From the human T2T-CHM13v2.0 reference genome, Homo sapiens: a stretch of DNA of 64,000 nt. How positions within the stretch are numbered: position 1 is the first letter of the stretch; every line of letters starts with the position of its first letter. The notes under the pieces were generated by a model. That model made no database searches. It saw only the letters and a program-made list of their open reading frames with translations, and was not told the origin of the DNA. The stretch lies in NCBI RefSeq assembly GCF_009914755.1, contig NC_060937.1; one strand, given 5' to 3'. This document shows, piece after piece, positions 45,415 to 58,289 of this stretch. The position numbers and the translations under genes were made by a program.

Positions 45415-48400
45415 TCAGCTCCCACATATTAGTGAGAACATAAAATGTTTGGTTTTCCATTTTTGAGTTACTTCACTTAGAATAATAGTCTCCAATCTCA
45501 TCCAGGTAAATGCAAATGCTGTTAATTCATTTCTTTTTATGACTGAGTAGAATTCCATAATATATATGTGTGTATATATATAATATATATGTGTATATAT
45601 AATATAGATATTAATTATATATGTGTATATATATTATATATGTTATATATGTGTATATGTATTATATATAATATAATATATAATACATATACATATAATA
45701 TAATATATAATACATATTATAATATATAATACATATACTATATAATATATGTGTATATTATATATAATATATATACACATATATATTATATATTATATAT
45801 ACACATATGTAATATATATATTATATATAATATATACGTATATATTATAAATATATTATATATTATATATTATATATTATATATGTATATATTATATATA
45901 ATATATAATATATTATATATAATATATTATATATAATATATATTATATATAATATATACGTATATATTATATATAATATATAATATATGTATATATTATA
46001 TATAACATATGTATATATATTATATATACATATATTATATATACATATATTATATATAATATATACATATATAATATATAATATATGCACATATAATATG
46101 TATATTATATATTCATATATAATATATATATTATATATTATATATATAATATATATATTATATTATATATACATATATTATATAATATATATTATATAAT
46201 ATATATACATATAATATAATATATTATATATTATATATATACATATAATATAATATATTATATATTATATACATACATATATATAATATATATACATATA
46301 TATTATATATATACACATACCACAGTTTCTTTATCCACTGGTTGATTGTGGACATTTGGGTTGGTTCCGTGATTTTGCAATTGTGAATTGTGCTGCTATA
46401 AACATATGTGTGCAAGTATCTTTTTCGAATAATGACTTCTTTTCCTCTGGGTAGATAGTAGTGGGCTTGCTGCATCAAATGGTAGTTCTACTCTGAGTTC
46501 TTTAAGGGATCTCCACACTGTTTTCCATAGCAGCTGTACTAGTTTACATTCCCACCAGCATTGTAGAAGTGTTCCCTCATCACTGCATCCATGCCAATAT
46601 CTACTGTTTTTGATGTTTTGATTATGGCCATTCCTGCAGGAGTGAGGTGATATCACACTGTGGTTTTGATTTGCATTTCCCTGATCATTAGTGATGTTGA
46701 GCATTTTTTCATTTGTTTGTTGGCCACTTGTATATCTTCTTTTGAGAATTGTCTATTCATGTCCTTAGCCCACTTTTTGATGGGATTGTTTGTTTTTTTC
46801 TTACTGATTTGTTTGAGTTTGTTGTAGATTCTGGAAATTAGTCCTTTGTCAGATGTATAGATTGTGAAGATTTTCTCCCACTCTGTGTCTGTCTACTCTG
46901 CTGACTGTTCCTTTTGCCATGCAAAAGATCTTCAGTTTAATTAGGTCCCAACTATTTATTTTTGTTTTTATTGCATTTGCGTTTGGGTTCTTGGTCATGA
47001 AATCCTTGCCTAAGCCAATGTCTAGAAAGGTTTTTCCAGTGTTATCTTCTAGAATTTTTATAGTTTCAGGTCTTAGGTTTAATTCCTTAATCCATCTTGA
47101 GTTGATTTTTGTGTAAGGTGAGAGATGAGGATCCAGTTTCATTCTCCTACATGTGGCTAGCCAATTCTCTTGTCCTTTTGCCCCTTTATGTTTTTGCTTG
47201 CTTTGTTGAAGGTCAGTTGGCTGTAAGGATTTGGGTTTATTTCTGGGTTCTTTATTCTGTTCCATTGGTCTACGTGCCTATTTTTACACCAGTATCATGC
47301 TGTTTTGGTGACTATGGCCTTACAGTATAGTTTGAAATCAGGTGGTGTGATGCCTCCAGATATGTTCTTTTTGCTTAGTCTTACTTTTGCTATGCAGCCT
47401 CTTTTTTGGTTCCATATGAATTTTAGAATTGCTTTTTCTAACTCTGTGAAGAATGATGGTGTTATTTTGATGGAGATTGTATTGAATTTGTAGATTGCTT
47501 TTGGCAGTATGGTCATTTTCACAATATTGATTCTACCCATCCATGAGCATGGGATGTGTTTCCATTTGTTTGTGTTTATTATTTCTTTCAGCAGTGTTTT
47601 GTTGTTTTCCTTGTAGAAGTCTTTTGACTCCTTTGTTAGGTATATTCCTAAGCATTTTTTTTTTTGCAGCTATTGTAAAAGGTGTTGAATTTTTTATTTG
47701 ATTCCCCACTTGGTCGCTGTTGGTGTATAGAAGAGCTGCTAATTTGTGTACATTAATCTTGTATATGGAAACTTATTCTTTTGTCAGTTCTAGGAGCTTT
47801 CTGGAGGAGTCCTTAAGGTTTTGGCTTCCTCTTTACAGATTTGGATGCCCTTTATTTATTTCTCTTGTCTGATTGCTCTGGCTAGGACTTCCAGTATTAT
47901 GTTGAAGAGGAGTAGTGAGAGTGGGTATCCTAGTCTTGTTCTCATTCTCAAATGGAATTCTTTCAACTCTTCCCCATTCAGTATTATGTTGGCTGTGGGT
48001 TTGTCATAGATGGCTTTTATTACATTAAGGTATGTCCTTTGTATGTCAATTCTGCTGAGGGTTTTAATCATAAAGAGATGCTGGATTTTGTCAAATGCTT
48101 TTTCTGCATCTATTGAGATGATCATATGATTTTTGTTTTTAATTCTGTTCATGTGGTGTTTCACATCTATTGACTTGCATATGTTAAACCATTCCTGCAT
48201 CCCTGGTATGAAACCCACTTGATCATGGTGGATTATCTTTTTGATATGTTGTTGGATTTGGTTAGCTAGTATTTTGTTAAGGATTTTAGCATCTATATTC
48301 ATCATGATATCGGTCTGTAGTTTTCTTTTTTGGTAGTGTGCTTTCCTGGTTTTGGTATTAGGGTGATGCTGGCTTTATAGAATGAGTTATGGAGGTTTCT

Positions 48401-49865
48401 TCTTTCTCTATCTTGTGGAATAGTGTCAAAAGGATTGGCATCAATTCTTTGAATGTCTGGTAGAATTCTGCTGTGAATCCATCTGGTCCTAGACTTTGTT
48501 TTGCTGGTAATTTTTTAATCTTGCTGCTTGTTATTGGTCTGTTCAGGGTCTCTAACTCTTCCTGATTTAAGCTAGGAGGGTCGTATTTTTCCAGGAATTT
48601 ATCCATAACTTCTAGTTTTTCTAGTTTATGTGTGTAAAGGTGTTCATAGTAGCCTTGAATGATCTTTATGTCTCCTTTTTGAGGTTTTATCTCCTTTGAG
48701 GTTATTTGTATTTCCTCTCTTCTTTTCATGGTTAATCTTGCTAATGGTCTATCAATTTTGTTTATGTTTTCAAAGAAAGAGCTTTTTCTTTCATTTATCT
48801 TTTGTAGTGTTTTTTGTTTCAATTTCATTTAGTTCTGATCTGATCTTGGTTATTTCCTTTCTTCTGCTGGGTTCGGTTTGTTCTTGTTTCTCTAGTTCCT
48901 TGAGGTATGATCTTAGATTGTGTGTTTGTGCTCTTTCAGACTCTTTGATGCAGGCGTTCAGGGCTATGAACTTTCCTCATAGCATCACCTTAGCTGTATC
49001 CCAGAGGTTTTGATAGGTTGTGTCATTATCATCATTCAGTTGGAATAATTTTTAATTTCCATCTTGATTTCGTTTTTGACCCAATGCTCATTCAGGGGCA
49101 TTGTCTGATATTATTTAATTTCCATGTATTTGCATGGTTTTGAAGATTCCTTTGGTAGTTTATTTCCAGTTTTATTCCATTGTGGTCTGAGAGAGTGCTT
49201 GATATAATTTCAATTTTCTTAAATTTATTGAGGCTTGTTTTATGGCCTATCATAAGGTCTATCTTGGAGAAAGTTCCATTACTGTTGAATAGAATGTTTA
49301 TTCTGTGGTTGTTGGATGAAATGTTCTGTATATATCTGTTACGTCCATTTGTTCCAAGGCATAGTTTAAATCCATTGTTTCTTTGTTGACTTTCTCTCTT
49401 GATGACCTGTCCAGTGCTGTCAGTGGAGTATTGAAGTCCCCCACTATTATTGTGTTGCTGTCTATCTCATTTCTTAAGTCTATTAGTAATCATTTCATAA
49501 ATTTGGGACCTCCAATGTTAGGTACACATATGTTTAGGATTGTAATATTTTCTTGTTGGACAAGGCCTTTTACCATTATATAATGTTCCTCTTTGTCTCT
49601 TTTAACTGCTGTTGCTTTAAGGTTTGTTTTGTCTGATATAAGAATAGCTACCCCTGCTTGTTTTTGGTGTCCATTTGCATGAAATGCCTTTTTCCACCTG
49701 TTTAAGTTTATGTGAGTCCTTATGTGTTAGGTGAGTCTCCTGAAGGCAGCAGACAGTTGATTGGTGAGTTCTTACCCATTCTGCGGTTCTGTACCTTTTC
49801 AGTGGAGCATTTAGGCCATTTACATTCAATGTTAGTATTGAAATGTTAGGTACCATTGCATTCAT
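45415..49865 (-). pseudogene. L1 ORF2p remnant (endonuclease/reverse transcriptase; disrupted)
   Basis: ISILTLNVNGLNAPLKR..CCLQETHL (EN); [49 protein letters not shown] and [12 protein letters not shown] (RT); multiple frameshifts and deletions. Confidence 0.92.
45557..46320. repeat. About 765-bp AT-rich (TA/TAA/TACA) low-complexity palindromic expansion inside L1 ORF2
   Basis: Almost only A/T; nested perfect palindromes; L1 sequence contiguous on both sides. Confidence 0.98.
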
Positions 49866-49949
49866 TATGCTCTTTGTTGCCTGTGTATTCTTTTTTGTTG
49901 TTGTTTTTGCTTTTTAACTTGTATTTTTGTTTTATAGGTCCTGTGTGGT

Positions 49950-50949
49950 TTATGCTTTAAAGAGATTCTGTTTTGATGTGTTTCCAGGATTTGTTTCAAG
50001 ATTTAGAGCTCCTTTTAGCAGTTCTTGTAGTGGTGGCTTGGTAATGGCGAATTCTCTCAGCATTTGCTTGTCTGAAACTGATTGTAGCTTTTCTTTGCAT
50101 ATGATGATGCTTAGTTTCACTGCATACAAAATTCCTGGCTGATAATTGTTTTGTTTGAGAAGGCTGAAGATAGGGCCCCAATCCCTTCTAGCTTGTAGGG
50201 TTTCTGCTGAGAAATCTGCTGTTAATCTGATACATTTTCCTTTATAGATTACCTGGCACTTCTGTCTCACAGCTCTTAAGATACTTTCCTTCATCTTAAC
50301 TTTGGATAATGTGCCTAGGCAAAGATCTTTTTGCAATAAATTTCCCAGGTGTTCTTTGTGCTTCTTGTATTTGGATGTGTAGGTCTCTAGCAAGGTCAGG
50401 GAAGTTTTCCTCGATTATTCCCCCAAATATGTTTTCCAAGCTTTTAGAATTGTCTACTTTCTCAGGAACACTGATTATTCTTAGGTTTGGTTGTTTAACA
50501 TAATCCCAGACTTCTTGGAGGCTTTGTTCATATTTTCTTATTCTTTTTTCTTTATCTTTGTTGGATTGGTTAATTCGAAGAACTTGTCTTTGAGGTCTGT
50601 TTTTCTTTCTTCTACTTGTTCAATTCTATTGCTGAGACTTTCCAGAGCATTTTGCATTTCTAAAAGTGTGTTGAAAATTTCCTGATTTTTTAATTGTTTT
50701 ATCTTTAAGCTATCTATTTCCTTGACTATTTCTTCCTTCACTTCCTGTATTTTTTTTTTATTATTATTGAATTGGGCTTTGCCCTTCGCTGGTCCCTCCC
50801 TGATTAGCTTAATAACTAACTTCCTGAATTCTTTTTTGGGTAAATCAGAGATTTCTTCTAGGTTTGGATCCATTGCTAGTAAACTGGTGTGATTTGGGGG
50901 GGGGGGTGTTGATGAGTCTTGTTTTGTTGGTTTTCTGGTTCCTTCTCAT
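49950..50949 (-). pseudogene. L1 ORF1p remnant (frameshifted)
   Basis: ATG AGA AGG AAC CAG start; peptides NRIEQVEER and IRLTADFSAETLQARRDWGPIF. Confidence 0.9.
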
Positions 50950-53489
50950 TTGGGTAGGCTCTGTCAGAGTGAAAGTCTAGGGCTGAAGGCTGTTACTCAG
51001 ATTTTTTTGTCCCACAGAGTGTTCCCTTGATGTAGTACTCTCCCTCTTTTCCTGTGGATGTGGCTTCCTGTGATCCGAACTGCAGTAATTGTTGTCTCTC
51101 TTCTGGGTCTAGCTACTCAGTGAGTCTACCCAGCTCTAGACTGGTGCTGGAGGTTGTCTGCACAGAGTCCTATGATATGAACCATCTATGGGTCTCTTAG
51201 CTTTGAATACCAGCACCCGTTCCGGTGGAGGTGGCAGGGTGTGCAGTGGACTCCATGAGGGTCCTTAGCTTTGGTGGTTTAATGCTCTATTTTTGTGCTG
51301 GTTGGCCTCCTGCCAGGAGGTGGTGCTTTCCATAAAGCATCAACTATAGTAATGTGGAGTGGGACCTGCGGTGGGCAGGGCCCTAGAACTCCCAAGATTA
51401 TACGCCCTTTGTCTTCCACTACCAGGGTGGGTAGGGAAGGACCATCACGTGGGGGAGGCGTTAGGCATGTCTGAGCTCACTCTCCTTGGATGAGACTTGC
51501 TGCAGCCGCTGTGGGGGATGAAGGAGAGATTCCCAGGTCACTAGAGTTGTGTACTTCAGAGGATTATGGCTGCCTCTGCTGAGTCATGCAGGTTGTCAGG
51601 GAAGTGGGGGAAAGCCAGCAGTCACAGGCCTCACCCAGCTCCCATGCAAGCTAAAGGTCTGGTCTCACTCCCACTGTGCCCCCTCAACACCCCTAGTCTG
51701 TTTCCAGACAGAGGTCAAGAGGGTCTTGAAAACTTGCCTGAGGCTGTCTGGACCCCAACTGTGAAAGAAAAGGGCTTTGGTTTATCCCCCCGCCTGTGAA
51801 GTCTGCAAGCAGGATTCATGCCCTCCCCTGAGTTCTGGCCAGGAAGATTCTTGCCCTGTTCAAATTGTTACAAATTCAGCTACAGAATTCCTTATCCCTT
51901 TGGAGTTTTGCCCCAAGCTCCTCTGGCCACCATCCTGATAGATCCCTGTGGTGCCGGGCAGGAATGGGCTGCCTGGGGACCCAGTGAGCTCCCAGGGCCT
52001 TTCTGCTGCTTCCTCTACTGCTGTATTTCATTTGGCTTGGCTCGCTACCTTGACTGAGCTCAAGGTAAAGTCAGAAACCTCTCCCACAAACAGATCTTCA
52101 TCTTCTCCAGTGGGGGTGTGTGTCCAGGAGAAGCGGGTCTCCCTTTCCCACTTCCACAGTTGGGGCACTCACAGTATTTGGGGTGTCTCCCAGGCCCTAC
52201 AGGAGCAGTCTGCTTCCTTCAGAGGTTCTGTGGGTCCTCTCAGGATTCCTGGTTTGTTCTTGCAGTTGATCTGGAGCTAAAATTCACAATGCAAGCCTTC
52301 GCATGCTGCTCTATCCAGAGCTGCAATCTAGTCCTGCCTCCCATCCTCCATGATCCCCTAATCTTTGCATCGTCTTTTTTTTTTTTTAGACATAGCACAG
52401 AAAAATGCTTGTTTACTTGGCAGGCACCCTGGTAGCCAGATAGAAGTGCTTGGGCTGAGCCAAGTGCCTTGGTTACAAGTACGTCATCAGCCACAATTAA
52501 ACCAGGAAATACAGGGCTCTCAGGAAGTACACTCGATAACGAAGCCTCAGTGAGCCAAAATTAGCCAATAATCAGCGCTACTCTTCATCCTGAAATGATG
52601 CAACCATATTTTACAAGGCAGTCCAGTAGTGGAAGACAGGCCTGAGGGACACACTAGACCCCTTGTCTAGCTTTGTCACCAGCTCACATGATTTTAGACA
52701 ACCAGGGTTAAATGCCTTCCCAGTGTTTCAGCTTCTCTTTTGCAAAGTCTCAAATCTAGCCATCAGTGGCAGGATTTATAAGTTCATATGAGTGGCAAAT
52801 TTATTGGACAATGACCTCTTTAATGCCAGGAACATTGTTTTCTTCTTTACATACACTGAGCACAATGCTTGGTGCAGTAGCCATTGAACTATTATTTGCT
52901 AAAAATTAACAGTCAGAAAACTAAATGATTAATGAGACCTATTAGTCATTAGCTGTTTGGACAAGCTTTCTGGTTGTCCATTGATACTATTAAGCACTGG
53001 GCTAGGAATGACTAGCCTAAGATCACTTATAGAGTCACATGGAAAAGTCTGGGGTGGCATTCTAGCCACAGAGCTATGCAGCCTGCCCAAACAGGGCTGT
53101 CTCCGTAACACATGCTCTCCTCCTACCAAACCAAAAAGAAAAGCAGCTTGGTTAGAGTCTTAAGATTCCAAGGCCCACTTATTTCTGGTTACTTGCTTTT
53201 GGCAGGCACTGCATAGATATCAAAGAAGCAGTGCTGAAATTGAAGAGATTTATCATTTTCATTCCTAGAAAGTTCATAGGAATCATCATGTCTTGTGGTA
53301 CATGAGTACAGCTGGAATTCTTTGTATCCTAAAGAGGAGAAACACACAGGTGACCAAGGTACTGAGGCACCATTCCGAGAGAACTATAGAATCTTGTTTC
53401 TGTCCTCTAGTGATTTGCAATCTAATGTCTTCATGACTCTTTAAGGAAAGAACACCTACGGTTAGCATTAAGATACTGTTAACGAGCAT

Positions 53490-53690
53490 GTAGGGAAGCA
53501 TAGGTTCTGAAGTGAAAAGAACTGGTCTTACTAGTTTTGTGACCTCGGGCATATAACTTCGTCTCTATGGGCCGCAATTATCATAGCAGTTCCCATCTCT
53601 CAGCCTTCCTGTAAGACGCAGATGAAATCACGTATGTTCAGAGAGGCACTGCAAACTATAACACACATTATACTTGCTAGTCATTATTGT
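53490..53690. mobile_element. MIR fragment
   Basis: cttactagttttgtgacctcgggcatataacttcgtctctatgggcc.caatta. Confidence 0.65.
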
Positions 53691-54419
53691 TTTATAGATA
53701 CTTCTTTCTGCATATCCAAAAGGTAGAGATGTGAACTTCAAAAAAATGCTCAATTTAAAAGCAGTAATTCAGAGAACCATGACCGCAAATTGGGAGTGAA
53801 TTCCAGCAAGACAGTGACCAAAAACTGAATGCTGGATTTAGCTAGGTGCCCGGAGATATCAGCGCACACCAAGGAGCTAATAATGTCTTTCCACAGAACT
53901 CTGTTTAGAACACTAAGGAATTTGGCCCTCAATTCTGGTGTCTCCAAACCAGAGTGATTTTTGATACCCAGGAATTATAAGAATTGGCATTTGCTCAACG
54001 TCTATCACATTCACTTATTTTTTTCACTAAACATTAAAACTTCTATCACATAGGCAAGATGAGGTTTTTATTCAGCTCTAAAAATCAAATGATAAAAGTT
54101 TCCAATCATGCCTGTGTGAAAATATTACCATTGGTAGAAACAAATTAAAATGCTAGAATGTCCACAGTGTGAGTACAACAGGCTCTCAATGAATTTATGT
54201 TTTCCTATAAACCTGTAAGCTTTCTCTGTAAAATAAGCAATTTTTTGGACAGTTTTTTTTTAATGGCCCAGTTTCTCTAGTCATTAGCAGACAAAATTTT
54301 TATGGATTTTAATACTTTTCTATTCAAAATAATTGTGTAATTTATGGTGGAATATGTGCCCAGTTACCATATATTTCTCGAGGTTTCTAGTTAACAACCT
54401 TTCCCATGCACAGTTTGAC

Positions 54420-55110
54420 TGCTGATGTGAGTTGGTAAGAGGGATGCTTAATTTTCTTATCCTTCTGTTCTGTCCCTGCCTCCGCTTCCCCCTGGGGTCC
54501 TTCTGGCAATTGTCTGAGCGCTCCTGACACCGAAGCAAAGGAAACACATAGCGTCCCATCGTTCCTCTCAGGGTTTTATCCAACTGCGTCTGCAGGACCA
54601 CAGGGAGGGAGGAATTTAGGTCCCAAACACATTTTTGTTCCTCTGTAGATGAGGTAACTCCTCCTCCTTTCTGTACTGTGATCAAAAACAGGCTGCACCC
54701 ACCCACGAAAGGTCCGGGGAGGCTCCTGGCTAGAAACTGTGCAGGGCCCCTCCCTTGGAGCAGTCTGTCTCCATGGAGACCGACGCGACGGAGAAAACTC
54801 ACACCGGGCCAGGTGGAGACCACAGCAGCGGGGGAGATACCGAGAGTCAACAGATGGGGAAAAACAAGAAACACTAAATGGGAGACTGAAGTGTTCGGGT
54901 GGGAGAATTTACTCCTTTGTAGCTGTTTTTTAAATTATTTCCTCATCTCAAAGACAGAGAGAGAAAGGGGTGGAAGAGGGAGGGAGGGAAGGAGGGACGC
55001 AGAGAGGGAGAGAAGACTGTCCTTGGATAAGTAAAACGAAAGCGTTAGCTTTTCATTTAATTACATATAATTTCCTCCAGGTCAGAATGTTCTGTAATCC
55101 GTTCAATGTT
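54420..55110. promoter_or_regulatory. CpG-enriched promoter-like region with a candidate minus-strand non-coding first exon (about 55000 to 54803)
   Basis: About 20 CpGs in roughly 650 bp of non-repeat DNA against a CpG-depleted background; GA-rich tract; minus-strand donor GGT|GTGAGT at 54803/54802. Confidence 0.5.
54767..54780. promoter_or_regulatory. RFX X-box-like palindrome GTCTCCATGGAGAC
   Basis: Perfect 14-bp palindrome resembling GTTGCCATGGCAAC, inside the CpG-rich patch. Confidence 0.55.
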
Positions 55111-56999
55111 TATAATTGTGGATCTGCTCCATTTTCATCATGCAGCAGTAGTGAGAAAGCAGTTGATCATGGAAACCATTGCCTACACTTAGCAAATAAT
55201 CAGTCCCCATTTAAACCCCTCATCAAGTTGTATACATGATATGATCTCTTAAGCGCTTGGCTTTTTCTAGAATCTCATTAATTTCAGAGGGTGATTTCTA
55301 ATGATCACATTTCAGAAATTGTCAGAAACGTTTTTTTTTTTTCCTTTTGTTGCTTGTTGCCAAGTGAGAACAATCTTGTAATGACACCCCACTTTTTAAC
55401 ATGCTTTTTCATAATGAGTCTTCAGGGGGAAATTCAACTTATGAGAACTAAGAAAAGAGTCTGCTACTTCGCATATCATCAAAACCATAGGAACATGGTT
55501 TTGCATGCATAATATGACATGGTTACAATGCCTGCACTGGGCCAGCTATACCCTACATAGATTATGAGCCATTGCTGCTGATCAATACAAGTGTAGTATT
55601 ACTTGCACTTGCCAGTACACACTTTAACATAATCGATAACATATAATTTGTTAGCATTTCTAAGAACTAGGGAATAGAAGGGAAGTGTAAAAGATCAAAA
55701 CACAAAGTCTCAGATTTGCCTCTGAACAATTCTATTATGTGCCGCAAGTCAGGAAAAGCTAATGTGCTCAATAGCACAACTTTTAAAAAGCACGATTATG
55801 TTTTGTTACTTTCTACCACCACTCAGGATTTACCTTAGTCATTAGTATTGTTTTCAGACTAAACAGAGAATAACAGTGAAGAGAGAAGAAGCTCATAAAT
55901 AAGATGCATTTATCTAAAACCCCCTGTCCTTAGAGACCAAGAATGACTTTCCTCTTGGGACTTGAGGAGCGGAGGTGACAGTCTTTGTCACAGGAGCTGA
56001 AAGTGAAATGAAGTGATGGTCTCAACCACACTCCCAAGGGAATGATTTTTAAAGAAATGCCTTTGACTTTATTCAGTGACACAACACCTTTTTCATGATA
56101 CCGCAATGTTGTTCTGTTACATTGTCAGGAATCCTTGGATACAGCACAAATCTGTGCTATTTCAAAGCTATTTCAAAAGGCCTAATAATTCCTTATATTT
56201 ATCAAGTACTCTAACAGCCAAGACATGAAAATATTCTAATTTTCTTTGCTCAGTGTTAGAGTTTAGTTTAATTCATGATGCTCAAAGTCAGTCCTTCTGC
56301 AGAATTTGAGTCAACTGAAAAGATCTGCATGCCCAAAATATACCTCTTTTGTCCACCTGAAGCCCTATTATTGGAGTCCACATAGATTCGCACAATATTT
56401 CCCGAGGAACTAAAATTTTAAATTCTATTATCAATAGTTAACTAATACTAGTGAAAACTGCTTAGCTAAATGAAGATACTTGAGGAAATATGACCAGAGC
56501 AGGTAAAATAGGCAAGAGATATTCAGAGATAGAGATTAAGGGAGAGAGAAAGAGAGTTTATTTCGGCATTTATTGAAAACATACTCTGCACATGAAACTG
56601 GGCATTCTCTGTGCAGTATATTTTTTAATCTTCACAATAAATTATTACTGTTCCCATACCACACAATAGGTCGCACAGCCTGAATCTAGCTATGCTGATG
56701 AGAGAACAGGAGTGATGCGTGGGTGTGGAAAGTCTAGAGAAGGCTCACTGCCTGAGAGGATCTGGTGACAGCCAGGACATAGGATGCTAGACGTCAAAGG
56801 AAAAAGCTCCAAAGACAAATTCCACCAAAGGGGTGACCCAAAGTGACACAACAGAACCCTAAAATTGCCTCTATTTCATGATCATTTTTAAAACACTTGA
56901 AAAACAGGGAGGACAATGATTCATCGAGAGGAAACTACAAGCCCTCTTCAATTCTGAGATACTTCAAAAACAGCAGTAAAGTGTTAAGAGTTTATTGCC

Positions 57000-57282
57000 G
57001 CCGAGAGCTGTGGCTCACACCTCTAATCTCAGCACTTTGGGAGGCCGAGACAGGCGGATTACTTGAGGTCAGGAGATAAGAGACCAGCCTTGCCAACATA
57101 GTGAAACCCCATCTCTACTAAAAATATAAAAAATAGCCAAGCTTGGCGGCATGCACCTGGAAGCCCAGCTACTCTGGAGGCTGAGGCAGGAGAATTGCTT
57201 GAACGCAGGAGGTGGAGGTTGCAGTAAGCCGAGATCACGCTAGTGCCTCCAGCCTGGGCGACAGAGTGAGACTCCATCTCAA

Positions 57283-57317
<35 letters not shown>

Positions 57318-57318
57318 A
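57000..57318 (+). mobile_element. AluS with (TAAA)n tail
   Basis: Alu sequence; flanking direct repeat gtttattgc. Confidence 0.95.
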
Positions 57319-57538
57319 CGTTTATTGCAAGAAGTAAGTGCGATAAGCTTGTGAATGTGGTGGGTGGGTGTGCATAGCGTGATGTGTGTGTGAACACACG
57401 AGAGTGCAGTACACATGTGAATGATGTGTATGTGTAGATATGTGTGTATATGGGGGAAGGTGATGAAGCACATTTAACACATTATTGCTTTGTGATCCTC
57501 TAAATAAATTTTCACACACCTGGGAAAATAAGCAACAC

Positions 57539-58210
57539 TGAGAGGTGAAGCCAACTGGGCTTCTGGGTCCAGTGGGAATTGGAGAACTTTTCTGTCTAGC
57601 TAAAGGATTGTAAACACACCAATCAGTGCTCTGTAAAAATGCACCAATCAGCACTCTGTAAAAATGGACCAATTGGCACTCTGTAAAATGGACCAATCAG
57701 CGCTCTGTAAAATGGACCAATCAGCAGGAGGTGCACAGGGCCAAATAAGGGAATAAAAGCTGGCCACCCCAGCCAGCAGCAGCAACCCGCTCAGGGGCAG
57801 TTCCACGTTGTGGAAGCTTTGTTCTTTGGCTCTTCACAATAAATGTTGCTGCTGCTCAGTCTTAGGATCCGCTGTATCTTTATGACTGTAACACTCACTG
57901 GGAAGGTCTGCGGCTTCACTCTGGAAGTCACCGAGACCACGAACCCACCAGAAGGAAGAAGCCACTCCGGACGCGCCACCTTTAAGAGCTGTTAACACTC
58001 ACTGCGAAGGTCTGCGGTTTCCCTGCTGAAGTCAGGTAAGACCACGAACCCACCGGAAGGAAGAAACTCCGGACACATCCGAACATCTGAAGGAACAAAC
58101 TCCGGACACACCATCTTTAAGAACTGTAACACTCACCGCAGGGGTCCGCGGTTTCATTATTGAAGTCAGCCAGACCAAAAACCCATAGGAAGGAACCAAT
58201 TCCGGACACA
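57539..58210 (+). mobile_element. LTR12-family (ERV9) solo LTR
   Basis: TGAGAGGTGAAGCC...tandem ACCAATCAG.CTCTGTAAAA units...GGAACCAATTCCGGACACA; 4-bp TSD ACAC. Confidence 0.95.
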
Positions 58211-58289
58211 ACACCACGTGAACTATCCCCCTATCTGACAAAATGCCCTGGAGAAAATAATTGTAGCTGTTATAACTGTACTCTTTAAA

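Larger units (their letters stand above)
45153..52359 (-). mobile_element. Near-full-length L1PB1-like LINE-1 (5' UTR, ORF1, ORF2, 3' UTR, poly-A)
   Basis: Minus-strand 5' end GGGGATCATGGAGGATGGGAGGCAGGACTAGATTGCAGCTC; ORF1 and ORF2 peptides in the ORF track; L1PB1-type 3' UTR and A-rich tail. Confidence 0.95.

Noticed and set aside
45751-46478. Tyr/Ile-rich ORFs
   Set aside because: Translations of the AT-rich expansion
46396-50873. Possible active reverse transcriptase/endonuclease gene
   Set aside because: Fragmented L1 ORF1/ORF2 with many stops, frameshifts and deletions
51549-52494. Cluster of 70-110-aa ORFs
   Set aside because: Lie in the GC-richer L1PB 5' UTR; no evidence of coding function
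54320-54874. 184-aa minus-strand ORF (longest in the track) and the overlapping 118-aa plus-strand ORF
   Set aside because: Non-ATG starts, no recognisable domain, and the minus ORF reads through the candidate splice donor; explained by locally higher GC
57615-57725. Regularly spaced ~24-bp repeats superficially resembling a CRISPR array
   Set aside because: No unique spacers; these are the known LTR12 CCAAT tandem repeats in a eukaryotic genome
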